Shown here in pieces: positions 50,344 through 61,950 of a stretch of 64,000 nucleotides of DNA. Position 1 is the first letter of the stretch. The number at the start of each line of letters is the position of its first letter. The notes under the pieces were generated by a model. It had not been told where the DNA came from. It was given only the letters and a program-made list of their open reading frames with translations, and did not search any database. The stretch comes from Camelus dromedarius (lineage: Eukaryota), in assembly GCF_036321535.1 (NCBI RefSeq), contig NC_087436.1, positions 34,040,001 to 34,104,000 of the forward strand, in the 5' to 3' direction. Both the position numbers and the translations under genes were made by a program.

Positions 50344-53300
50344 CTAAAAAGAGAAGGAGAGGGGGAAAGCAGAGCCCTTTGCAGAGAACTGCCTTACCCT
50401 TGACTGTGAGAGACGCAACTAGATTGACCTATGTACATTTCAAGTGCAGTTTCCTGACGTAATCTGAACATGGAATGTCACCGAAAATGATTTAATTTTT
50501 ATGTAGGCTTAATAATTGTATCAAATGAATACTTCCAGAATCATTTCACCTATATCTAAGTATATGTTTCTTAGTAAACATTAGCTGATTTTGATCATAA
50601 AAGTGTTATAAAATTCTGCTTTATTTACCTGCTCAGGGCAATAATAGACTTTTCTGAGTTAAATTTTTGTATCTTTGATGCATTGAAATTAGAAAAGATA
50701 TTTGTTTTTGAGTACTGAACATTATTTTTTATACTTCTCTATTACTGCAATCTCCAACCCAGATTATAGAAGAGGGTGCGAAAAAGTATGATTTTGTGTT
50801 TTGTGAATTACTGTCAGAATTAAGTGCATGATCACATCACCATTTTTTAAAAGGACGTTGTGTTGATCTGCAAAAATCCAAACATATTTCTTACTTTCTA
50901 AATGTAGTTAGCATTTTAACATATTAAACTACTAGAAGCTTTGTAATATAGTGATTCTTGATAAGAATTTACATGGCTTGTCCTCATTCTCATTGTCTTC
51001 ACTTTGTCTAGAATCTAACATGATGTAAATAACAAAATTTAGTGTGTCAATTGTTACTCAAAAACAAAATCAGTATATTTGAAGCAAACATATTAACGGA
51101 CTTGAAAGCAATTGAGATAAATTGTGCTACTTCACTAAGTCTTCACATCTTTACTCTCTAGTGACGTGGAACTCATGGTAGTGACCCTGCTCGCTGGCAA
51201 GAGGACCTGCAGAGCTGTGTGACTGACCACCCTGATTGACTTCATTATTCCAGTACCAGCACCAGAAGTCCCTTTATCATTACCATGAGATTTTAGCATT
51301 GATGTGCCATGGAAAAGTCAAAGAATTATAGTTCAGAAAGCTCCACTTATCTCACAGTGGTACATTATTTAACACAGAAACACTTCTTTCCATTACAAAT
51401 TTCCATAGCCCTCGAGGGCTCTTGGTGTCTATGACACTCACTATGACATCTGCTCCAGAGAGTATTGCTCTATTTTCCCTTGTGTCAAAAATTGGGTAAC
51501 TTCTGCATGTGAGCTGAGAGATTTGAACTCATCTGTGACAAAATGAGTGTGGCTTATCAAGGGATGCCCAACCTCCATCCCAGTTTAATAGATAACAACT
51601 TGCAAGGTGACAGAAAGCTGTAATATGGACTGGTTCTGCATAATCGTGGGGAAGAAATTCCCCAAGGCAGCTTGGCCTGCAGATCCCTGCTGTCTAGATA
51701 GTGCTTCCACTTCCATCTGAAGTCACTCTTAATATATGCAAAGTTTCACTTTCAATTAGGAATGATCAAGGGACCAACAAGAAAGCAGTGGCTAACACAG
51801 CTTCCTTTACTAATCCTAGTAGGGAAGGCTAAAATGGGGCTTTCTGCTGCCAAAACATCAGGACTCAGATACACATATAGGTCTTGAGTAGAGAAAGGAG
51901 AGAGACTAGCAACTTATGTTTTAGGAGAAATGGAGCAGAGAGTCTGACCATGGAGATTCGGGTCGGGCGTGGGCAAATGTGCTAGGCAAAGAGGGAGGTC
52001 ATTTCTCCCCACTTTATTTTCTCTGCTATTTATCTGGTACCAACCTCCTTTATGTTTGTTCATTCATTTATCCCGCAAATATTTATTTTTAGATTAAAAA
52101 ATATATTATGTTAACTCCTAGATGTCAGGACTATTAAACCTGCCACTGAGTAATTTGTAATAAATTTTTTGCCATTGACAAAGCAATTTTAAATTTGCTA
52201 CCATCCGCATTATCTTTTCTTGTATTAATCATACATCAGTGCTTCCTAACTTTTCATGTGTGCATGAATCACCTGAAGATTTTATTCATATATAGATTCA
52301 GTTATGTCAAAATCAAAGTTTTAACTTGAAAATTATCTTACTATTTTCTTCTGTGAATTATTTTATTTTGTGACAAAGATAAAAAATTTTTAAATACAGT
52401 TATATGCCAGTGACATGACTTTGTTCAGCATTGTGATGCAGATATTTCCTTCAAGACTGTAAACAATGTATCTACTGAGTTAGTCTGAGAACACAATTGC
52501 TTGTAAAATGTGACTTTTAAATGATTCTTAATGAAGAAAACAGTATCAACAGGTCGTCTCAAGACAAAATGGCCAAGATTCAAAAATTAACTGTATGATA
52601 ACTGAATTATTGACAAATGCCAGACTTTGTACTTCCAGAAGTAAACAGTAGCAAACTAGCTATCTGAACGTCTGTTGTTTTCCTACTTCCCAGAATAATG
52701 CTTTTTTTCTTTTCTAAATTATTATCTTCTATTTGTAGATTTCCCCCTAAACTTAAATGAATAATGACACCTGAGCTGCAGCCCCTACTGATTTCTCAGT
52801 GCATCCATATGAAGTTCATTTTCCAGTGTCTCATCCTTACTGTAAATTTAAGCTTTGGAGTACATGTGGGTGCATTCTCATAGCTGACAAAAGATTCTGA
52901 GCTGATTCTCCTCCTGCTGCGTCACTGGGGATGTACATAAAAATCAAAGTTCAGATGAAAATATTAATTTCCCCCCTTATATAGTATGATGAATAAAAGT
53001 TGGATTAAATAACACGAAAGTGGCCAATTTGCAAGGAGGGGTGTATGATTGTAAAAATTACTCTAGCAACATCAGGATCCTTTCATCAATTCAAGAAGGG
53101 ACAACACTGAAACCCATTTTATAGCTATTAACCCACTGGTTCTGATGCTAATTCCTAGATTCTTACAAAAGCAATTTTCTTTTACTTACTTGGTTTTTAT
53201 CACTCTATATTTTTTACTTATGGTTGACAATGGAGATTAAATTGAAGTTCCGTTACAGCAAATGACTGTTCTGTAAATGGACACTGGTGTGGTATTTTAT

Positions 53301-53549
53301 ATATATATACATATCTCTTCAGTTATTCAATTCTAAAGCCCAAATCATAAACATACTGATCATAAAGCAGCAATAAGTTACCTACTGACATAAAAAAGGG
53401 AAACGTCACAGAAGAAGAAATAGCTACCCTTTTGAAGCTTTGTTATTTATTCCAATTACTTTTCCAAACAGTAACTTCTCAACGTTTACCCTAAATCTCA
53501 ATTAGGTATCATATGGGTTCTTCTTCCTCACCCTCTTCCCCCAACCCTA

Positions 53550-54050
53550 CTTAAAATCCTCTAGTGAGTTTTAGATAAGGTCAAAACCCTTAAGAGGAGT
53601 CATAGATTCCAGACAGACTTCAGGGCTCTCTGCAGTCAGACCACTCCAGTTTGCACAGCTTGATTTCGTTTGACACCCTCCCTGTCTGTGTGCTGCAGCC
53701 TCACACTGGCCTCCCTTCAGACCACTGATTGTGTGTCCTCCCACCATGGCAGGTTCTGTTGTGGAACCCTCATCCCTGAACCCTCAACCCTATTAACCTA
53801 GTAGACGCCCTTCATCCTTCAGATCTTGGTCCAATGACATTTCCTCCTGGAAACCCTCCTGGGTCACCTGTCTCTTCACAGCAATCACTATCGTGGTTTA
53901 CTTGTGTGATGATTTAACTTACATTTCATCTCCCAGTAGGCCTAAGCTCCATCAAGACAGGGACACTGTCTGGTTTGGCTTGTCATGTTACCCTCATTCG
54001 ACCCAGATTAGGGACTCAGTAAATATTTTATGGAAGAGTAAAGGAATAAA
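53550..54050 (+). mobile_element. L2 3' fragment
   Basis: catccttcagatcttggtccaatgacatttcctcctggaaaccctcc...taagctccatcaagacagggac...gactcagtaaatattttatgga. Confidence 0.75.
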
Positions 54051-54529
54051 CAAGCTGGATGGTATGGACCTTGCTTTCTGGCTCTGTTGTAACTTGATCC
54101 TCGGTTATTCTGATAATCATAATGATATTTTATTGCCATATTTTTTACATGAAAGTATGAAAAGTGTAGGCAATCACATGAAGAGTTATTATTTTATGAC
54201 AGTCTTATCTGATGGTATGATTTTTGACATGTCTTAAATAGAAACTTAAATACTTTCAAATATTTTCTTCTTTTCAACAATCTGTTTCTATGACATTTTA
54301 CTTTTAACCAGTTAACTGAGCCATGAAGAATATCTTCATTAATATGTGTATACATATATATACCCACACACACAAGTAGTCAGTGAAATGAATGTTTGAA
54401 TGTAATATACCTCAAATAAAATTTACCTTTTATTCTTAGCCCCCTAGCCCTTGCCTGAAAGAGGCAGATACTTGTGAAATTGTGCATGTTGTACAAGTGT
54501 GTGGCAAAGAGAGAGGGAAACAGTAACAC

Positions 54530-54680
54530 CCTATTTATTATTTGTCAGGTGCAGTTCAAATTGTCTGTAATATTGTCTATTTAATCCTCATAACAAATTT
54601 ATGATGTAGGTATAAGCACAGAAAAGAAAAATGATAGGAAATTAAGGAACTCACCCAAAGTCCCACTGCTTATCACCAAG
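54530..54680 (-). mobile_element. MIR fragment
   Basis: atttaatcctcataacaa...gtaggtat...ttaaggaactcacccaaagtccca. Confidence 0.7.
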
Positions 54681-54707
54681 GAGCGAAGATCCTGTGCTGC
54701 CGTTTTA

Positions 54708-54722
54708 CCACCAGAAGGCAGT
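54708..54722 (+). promoter_or_regulatory. Candidate CTCF site
   Basis: CCACCAGAAGGCAGT, one mismatch to the core CCASYAGRKGGC. Confidence 0.4.
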
Positions 54723-56139
54723 CTCTTGACAGTGAGAAAGAAATCACCTTCCCCCAAACACACCTTTCTGCCTACATTAATAAGACTTTACTATACTTTC
54801 AGGAGACTGTTGCCCAGGCAGACAACTTGACTGTTCATTTTTAGAGCCTCTCCCAAACCCCATGATCTCTTATTCAGTAAAGAGCATTCACTGGTGTTTT
54901 ATGCCCAAAGACTACTTGAACCCCTTGCCTCCAAATTCTCACCTTTCTCTTGCCACCAATCTTAAACTACTGTATCATAATACATACTCAATCTTAATCA
55001 AGTTTCCACATTTGGGTGACACACCTGCGACCACACTTTAAATTCTGAAAAAAAAAAATGTGCCTTTGCCTTACTCCCTCCAAGACACTGCCCTAGTTCT
55101 GTTGCTGTCATAGTCTGTCTTACTATGGTAAGCAGTGAAGTCATCAAGAGGTTCTTCTGGTGATATTTGAGAAGCTGGCAATCAATAGCCACTGTCACAG
55201 GCCAGATAACAGATGTTGAAATGATTTGCAAGTATCACCTGAATATATTCCAATGAACCATGAGCACTGTGAGATTCATTGAGAAGAGTGCAGACATCCT
55301 TTCTACTTGACAGATAATTTTGTAGAACATCATTTTATTTAGTCATTTTAATTCATAATTCCATATCACTGGAATAATTTATTTTATCCTAATAATTCCT
55401 GAATTCAGAACAATCCCAAGGATTAAATACTTTATAAGCAAACAGCCAACTTTATTTTCACATAGAAATGTTGAACTTGTAGCACAAAACTTAAGACTTC
55501 ATATATATTCTTTTAGAAAATGAATTGCTAATTGCCCTTGAACACTTTGTGTTATCCTTCTATTACTCCAGGTTAGAGAATAATTATATGGTTCATGATT
55601 TAATCACTACTTAGAGGCCAGAGATGGAATATGTTAATAGGCAAGTCATAGGTCAGGTCGACATTCTCCTTTCTATAAACTTCAGATCCCTGTTGATAGT
55701 AGAGCTGCTTCCAATCAAAATATCATTGTCCTCAGTTTTCGTATATGCTTGTTCTTTTTATATGTAGGTACAGTTAAATATATGCATTCAGTACTTATTT
55801 TTAGATATTTCAACATGTGCATCCGCTCAGAAAATAAGCATTATGCAAATGTCTTGCTAATGCCGCTTCATTTTTGTAATGTGAGCAAACTTCTTTGCTT
55901 ATGGCTGAATGCTCTTTTAAAACTCAGTTCTAATCGAACCAATGAAAGGCGAGTGAAGTCCTGTAAATTGGTACAAAATGACAGAACAATTTACAAAATG
56001 TTAATATAGAGGGACAAGTAAGACAGGAAAAGAATTTCTAATTGTAAAATCCAGTTTACACTTCGGTACAAGCACTTTTTACCTGTGTGACTCCGTGATC
56101 CCTGGAAGATGATCCTTCCAGAATGAAGTATGTGTTCCC

Positions 56140-56410
56140 TAGTTCCTAGGAAGAGGCTACCACACAGCTGTTCTCTGCTGTCACCCTCATTAGAAATCAA
56201 GCTGACCTCTGAAGGCTTATGCCAGATCCACAACCTTCCATGCTGTCCCCTGAGGCCTTCATTAGGCCTGCATGTCCACTCCACTTCTCCCTCTGCCTGT
56301 CTTGCCTCTTTTTCTCCTCTCTTCCTCAGATAATGATCCCATGTACACTTTCTAATAAACGCCACGCACATAAATCTCCATGTCAGAATCCTGAGGAATT
56401 CAACCTGGAT
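56140..56410 (+). mobile_element. ERVL LTR fragment (LTR16/LTR33-like)
   Basis: cttctccctctgcc...ctaataaac...aaatctccatgtcagaatcctgaggaattcaacct resembles the 3' half of ERVL LTRs. Confidence 0.65.
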
Positions 56411-57391
56411 AACCTTAATTTTCCTACCTGTGACATGACGCTAATACCACTATCACCTATTTTACAGGGGTTTGTTTTTCAAACGAGAAAGTGAAAATAT
56501 TTTGAATGGGCAAGTATTATTCAAAATTAAATTAAGGCCATTTTGATCATTAGTTTTATCCAGGTGTTTCCCTAAACCAACAGATCTAATCAAGCCCTTA
56601 GTCAACTTAATAGAAATTGGATAGTTATGTTAATGAAAAAATATGCAGCTACTAACATCCATGAATGACACTTCACATCAACATTTATGTGCCTATGTGA
56701 ACGCTCAAATATCCTTAGGGTGTGTATAGTATAGTATTTCCCCTACTAATGAGTTAGTTCTCAAAACACAGTGAGTATTTATTTTGCATCATTTTGCAGC
56801 ACATAGTACATATCTTGCTATAGGCTATTTGACACAGTTTCAGCACCCCCGAATTAAAATCACAGTTTTAAGGCAGAGCTAGTGTGTGATCTTTAGGGAA
56901 CTTTTATCCCCTTTGCTTTTTTAATGAACTCTCTGGAACATAGCCCAAAACTCCTTAGCTGGAGTTGGTTGTCTGCCCCTTAGGGCAATTCGCTCCTTTG
57001 AGCCATGTTAACAGGAGCCCTATTCCTGACTTCTGCTGGACTCTGAAGAATGCATATCAAGGAGAGAACATATTTTTGCATGTGTCTGCTCTTGGCAAAA
57101 TATTCAACTTTAAAAATATATATTACAGATCTCCAAGTGAATCATTCACAGGGTTATTCTAAGAATTTATTATTTTGTAAGCAAGTATGTTCAAGTTATA
57201 AGCTTGTTCAAATTAGGTTTTTAAAAAAATATGTTGTTCAATCAATCTCTGTTTGTTGCTATGGTAATTACAGAATTAAAATCCTTTTGCATCTGCTTAA
57301 TAATGAAGAAACAGAAATGAAGAATTGGAAAAGAATTACTCCTGAGTCTTTAATTAACACAAAATTAATCTTTAAAATTACAGATACTTAA

Positions 57392-57536
57392 TTTTTTTGG
57401 GAGAGGAAGGTAATTGGACTTATTTATTTACCTATTTCATTTATTTTTTTTTTTAACAGAGATACTGGGGATTGAACCCAGGACATTGTGCATGCTAAGT
57501 GTGTGCTTTACCACTGAACTATACCCTCCTCCCCCC
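57392..57536 (-). mobile_element. tRNA-Ala-derived camelid SINE (Vic-1-like)
   Basis: Minus strand: GGGTATAGTTCAGTGGTAAAGCACACACTTAGCATGCACAATGTCCTGGGTTCAATCCCCAGTATCTC, then an A-rich/TAAA tail and AATTACC. Confidence 0.9.
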
Positions 57537-58124
57537 TTTTTTTCAGGTATTTTAACTGAATTGAAAACCTGTACTTAAAATAGTCTTGTACATAAAATAG
57601 GCTGAAAATTCCAGACAGCATTCCTCTTAGTGAACTGTTTTCAGGACCAAAACAACCACATAAAGATAAAACTACAATTTGAACAGGGCAAAAATAGAAA
57701 AGTCCTCTCAAAAGTTTTATTTAAACGAATATATAGGTCATATGTATGCACTAATTGTCACGTACCAGAGTGATGTTTCTGAACCACTGTGGGAAGATTC
57801 TGTGCTCTGAGATCCCCTCCTCTCAGTGGCAGGCACTTGTTCTAAATCACGTGAGCATCCTTATAATCATGGCACTGAAAGTGGCAACCAACACGGCCAT
57901 ACTAGTCTGATTCGCCTGTACCAGTCTATAGAGAAAACTTTATTTTAAAAAGTCTTAAAAAATAAAGTTCGGTTTATGTTAAAAAATTTTTTTAAGATGT
58001 CAAAGTAAAATAATGATGAATTGAGAGCAATATTTATATAAAGCATTTGTTTAAAACATTCAGTAGTTAGGAGTTTATGGATAACCAACCTATGGTTAAC
58101 TCCTGGCTCTGGAATATGTGATCC

Positions 58125-58763
58125 TGAGACAGGAAGAGGGCAGGGCATAGCCATTCAAGGAATAATACAACAGTTAACATCAAAATGGTGGAAGATTCAA
58201 CCCCCAGTAGGTCTTGAGGCTCAAGATGGTGGAAGATTTGACTTCTAATAGACCTTGAGCTTCATAATACACCCACTGTAATATATTAGCATGGTGAATA
58301 ACATGCCCACAGGCGCCATGGCAGTCCCAAGGCTAGCCACAAAAGGTCAAAGGGTGGGAAATGGCCAACTTCCTGGGAATCCCAGCCCCTTCCCCAGACT
58401 AGTTAGACTGGTCCTTCCACTTATTAGCATATGAAGCCACTGAGGCTATTAAAACTGGCAACACAGCACCTGGTGGCCTCTGCCCTCTCTCTCTCCCTCT
58501 TCGGAGACAGCCCGTGTTCTCTCTATGGACTGTGTACCTACTTTTACTCTAATTTGAGCACCCAAACCCCACACCTCATGGCCTTTCTCTTGCCTTTCAA
58601 TGTGTCTCTCTGAATAAATCTACCTTCACTCAACTGTGGCTCGCTCTTGAATTCTTGTCTGCATGAAGCCAAGGACCCACACTTTACGGGGCACATCCTA
58701 GGGGCTCATCCAAAATCTGGGACACGGCCCTCCTCACGCCGCACATCCATTTTTCCTGCATCA
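58125..58763 (+). mobile_element. ERV1-class solo LTR
   Basis: Inverted termini TGAGACAGGAA...TTCCTGCATCA; 4-bp flanks ATCC/GTCC; AATAAA at 58613-58618; 639 bp. Confidence 0.88.
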
Positions 58764-59539
58764 GTCCTACGTGAAGAAATATGACAATAATAATATCATT
58801 ATTTTTAGTATAACAACATAAAGAATATTACACTATAAATGACATTTAATACAGATGCACATAGTCTAAAATATAATGAAGATACTGTTATTTTGATATA
58901 AGATTTAAAAACTTACAAAGAATTCAAAATACTTCATTTTGGTTTCAGTGTCCCTAGAATTGAGTGGATAGGTGAATGGAGTCCTCGAGAAGAATAGAGT
59001 TGGGCAACATCTTTTATGTCTTATGAAATCTCTCAGTAAGCTAGGAATATTTAAATGGCTTAAAGATGAGGGTCAGCCACATGCAGAGAATGATCTGACC
59101 AGACGTATCTCAGCCTCTGACTCAGCGAGACTGAAGAGACTGCCAAACTGCTTGGGTGCTTCCCAGACATGGTTAGTCAGGGATCATCACACAGAAGTTC
59201 TGCTTCTGCACCAGAAGATGACAAGCTGCTTCTCATCTGACTTGCAGAGTGAAAAAGAACAATTTAGCTTCATAAAGTAACAGTTTGCAGAACTGACATC
59301 AGGAGGAGCTTGTGAGAGAATTTTAGATTTGAAGCAAATGCCTTAGATGATGAATGACGGAGAATGTAAGAACTTACAGAATTAGATACATTTCGTAAAA
59401 TATTACAGAAACTCCATTTTACTCTCATTAATCAAATCAATTCAGACACAGATTTTATGTAAGAATTCAATAAATGTCCTTCCTTTCTCTAAACGTAATC
59501 TTTCGAAGTCAGAATCAAATACATGGAGAAGTCAACTAT

Positions 59540-59720
59540 ATAGCAGTGTAGGAAGGACAAAGGATTACATACAGTAAGATTGACTTCTTCCTCTGTCCTG
59601 TCTCTACATCATGTGACATTGGTAAAGTCACATAACTAAACATTTGCTTCTTGCTCATCTGAAAAACGGAGATAATATCACAGAATATAAGGGGAATTTT
59701 AACCCATAAATATGAAGCAT
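59540..59720 (+). mobile_element. MIR fragment
   Basis: tgtgacattggtaaagtcacataac...gctcatctgaaaaacggagataata. Confidence 0.65.
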
Positions 59721-60529
59721 CAGGTAATGTTAGTTAACTTTGCCTTTCAGTTAACGGTGCACATGTAACCACATGGGGATTGTGGTCTTTCTTCTGTACT
59801 AAAAAAGTCCTTCACCCTCTGGAGCAAAAGATTCCTCATGCCCCCTCTGTGACACAGAAATGTTAAGGGTTCTATTTCACTGACTCACTTAAAGATTAAC
59901 TTGAGTTGGATTACATGCCCTATGGCTATTTTTCAAATTTCCAAGGAGTTGTTACCTACTTACTTTATATGCATCTTCAAGAATCAAAGGTTAAGTGTGA
60001 ACAAATAGAATAAAGTAATAATGTTATAAATTAAAGAATATAATAAACAGGTTGTTCAAGTTTATTTCTCTTGTCAAATAAGTAAGAGTGCACATAAAGA
60101 GAGGAATTTTCTTAACTTGATGAGAGGTATGTACAAGAAAGCCATAACAAACACTGTACTTCAAGGTAAACTGTTGAATCTGTTCCCTTTAAAATCATTA
60201 ACAATTTAGAGATACCAGTTATTTTCATGTCTACAAAGCATCATACTGGAAGTTCAAAAAGATACAGCAATACAAAAGAAACAAAAGATGTAAGGACTGA
60301 AAAGACGAAGCAAATTGTTATTATTTACAAATAATCTGAATAAAGCATTAATATTTACAAATCAGTCTATTTTTTACATAATCAACTATCAGTTCAAATA
60401 TATTTATAAATCAAGATGCCATTTAAATCATATGTAAAGTATGTGGAATTATGTCTAACAAATAGTTAATATCTCCTTTATAAAGGAAAATATAAAACTT
60501 CATTCAGTTATTAAAATTACCTGATATTT

Positions 60530-60930
60530 TTAGGTTAGGGACGAGGGATTAAGAGGTACAAGCTACTAACGGTGGAAGAATATAGCTCAGTGGTTGAGCA
60601 CATGCTTAGCATGCACGAGGTCCTGGGTCCAACCCCACTACCTCTATTAAATACATAAATAAATAAGCCTAGTTACCCGCCCCCAAAAAAGAACTCTGAA
60701 CAGAGCTTGTTAAAAAAAAGAAAAAAAAAAAAAAGGTACAGACTACTATGTATAAAATAAATAAGATACGAGGATAGGCAGTACAACAGAGGGAATAGAG
60801 CCAATATTTTATGATGACTATAGGAGGAATATAACCTTCAAAAATTGTGAATCACTATGTTGTACACCTGAAAATTATATCAAACATTAACTATACCTCA
60901 GTTAAAAAATAGATAGATAGGTAAATAATA
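60530..60930 (+). mobile_element. Younger 5'-truncated L1 3' end (L1MA9/artiodactyl-type)
   Basis: gattaagaggtaca...tataaaataaataag...tacaacagagggaatagagccaatatttt...tgaatcactatgttgtacacctgaaa...aactatacctca; degenerate TSD aaaattacctga/aaaaatacctaa. Confidence 0.85.
60571..60734 (+). mobile_element. tRNA-Ala-derived camelid SINE (Vic-1-like) with TSD
   Basis: TATAGCTCAGTGGTTGAGCACATGCTTAGCATGCACGAGGTCCTGGG; poly(A); TSD AGGTACAAGCTACTA (60554-60568) / AGGTACAGACTACTA (60734-60748). Confidence 0.92.
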
Positions 60931-61506
60931 AAAATACCTAACTAAATCAAAGGCTATACCATGTTCTTTTGCATGTTTTGCTAAATATTATAAAGATGTC
61001 AGTTTTACCCAAATTGATCAATATAACCAATGTAATTCAAATCAAAATCTCAAGTAAGTTTTTTGCGGGGATGCACTCGACACATTTATATAAAATGTAT
61101 GTAGAAGAAAAAAAGGCCCAAATATAGTCCGAAGACTCTTTGAAGAAGAAAATGGGATAACTTGCCCTGTCAGATAATAACACTTACACTAACAGCATAG
61201 TAATTATGACAATGTGTTATTCAACATGGGGACTTATGAAAGCTTAGAAATAGGCTGTCCTATGTATACAATTTATGACGGAAGGAACAATATAGTGGGG
61301 AGCAGATGGGCTATTTAATATACAGTCTGTCAAAATTACATTTACATGTGGAAAAAAAGAAAAATGAATACTTAATTCCCACTGTGCACAAATACACAAA
61401 AATTAAGGTAAAATAAAGACAATTGTCTGAGGTAAAACTTCTAAAACATTTAGTTGGCAATATAGAAAAACATCTTTAAGACCTCTGGGATGGAAAATGA
61501 ATTCTT

Positions 61507-61568
61507 TTTTTTTTATTGAAATCTAGTCAGTTTAAAATGTGTCAATTTCTGGTGTACAGCACAGTGCA
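61507..61568 (-). mobile_element. 62-bp 5'-truncated L1 3' terminus with perfect TSD
   Basis: Minus strand: tgcactgtgctgtacaccagaaattgacac...ttcaataaaaaaaa; identical 14-bp flanks GAAAATGAATTCTT at 61493-61506 and 61569-61582. Confidence 0.9.
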
Positions 61569-61802
61569 GAAAATGAATTCTTAAACAGAGATTTGACAGT
61601 ACAAATCATAAAAAAGATTAATTTGACTACATTAAAATTAAGAAGGTCTATGTATCATTAGACATGAAAAAAGGAATATAAAGACAAGCCACATAATTTT
61701 CGAGAAGATATATGCATGACATATACCAATTAAGAATTAATATTCATAAATGTAATCCATAACTATATATCAGAGATTAAATCTCATTAAAAAAATGAAT
61801 TA

Positions 61803-61950
61803 GTGGGGAATGCTCAGTGGTAGAGTGCCTGCTTAGCATGCACAGGGTCCTGGGTTTAATCCCCAGTACCGCCATTAAAAATAAATAAATAAGTAAACCT
61901 AATTACCTAGAAAGAAAAAAAATTTTAATATTAAAATTATATTAAAAAAT
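61803..61950 (+). mobile_element. tRNA-Ala-derived camelid SINE (Vic-1-like)
   Basis: GGGGAATGCTCAGTGGTAGAGTGCCTGCTTAGCATGCACAGGGTCCTGGGTTTAATCCCCAGTACC, then a TAAA tail and CCTAATTACC. Confidence 0.9.

Noticed and set aside
60571..60645. tRNA-Ala(AGC) gene (likewise at 57460-57530 and 61805-61873)
   Set aside because: Stems and B box are mutated, and A-rich tails (with a clear TSD at the 60571 copy) are present, so these are SINE heads rather than tRNA genes
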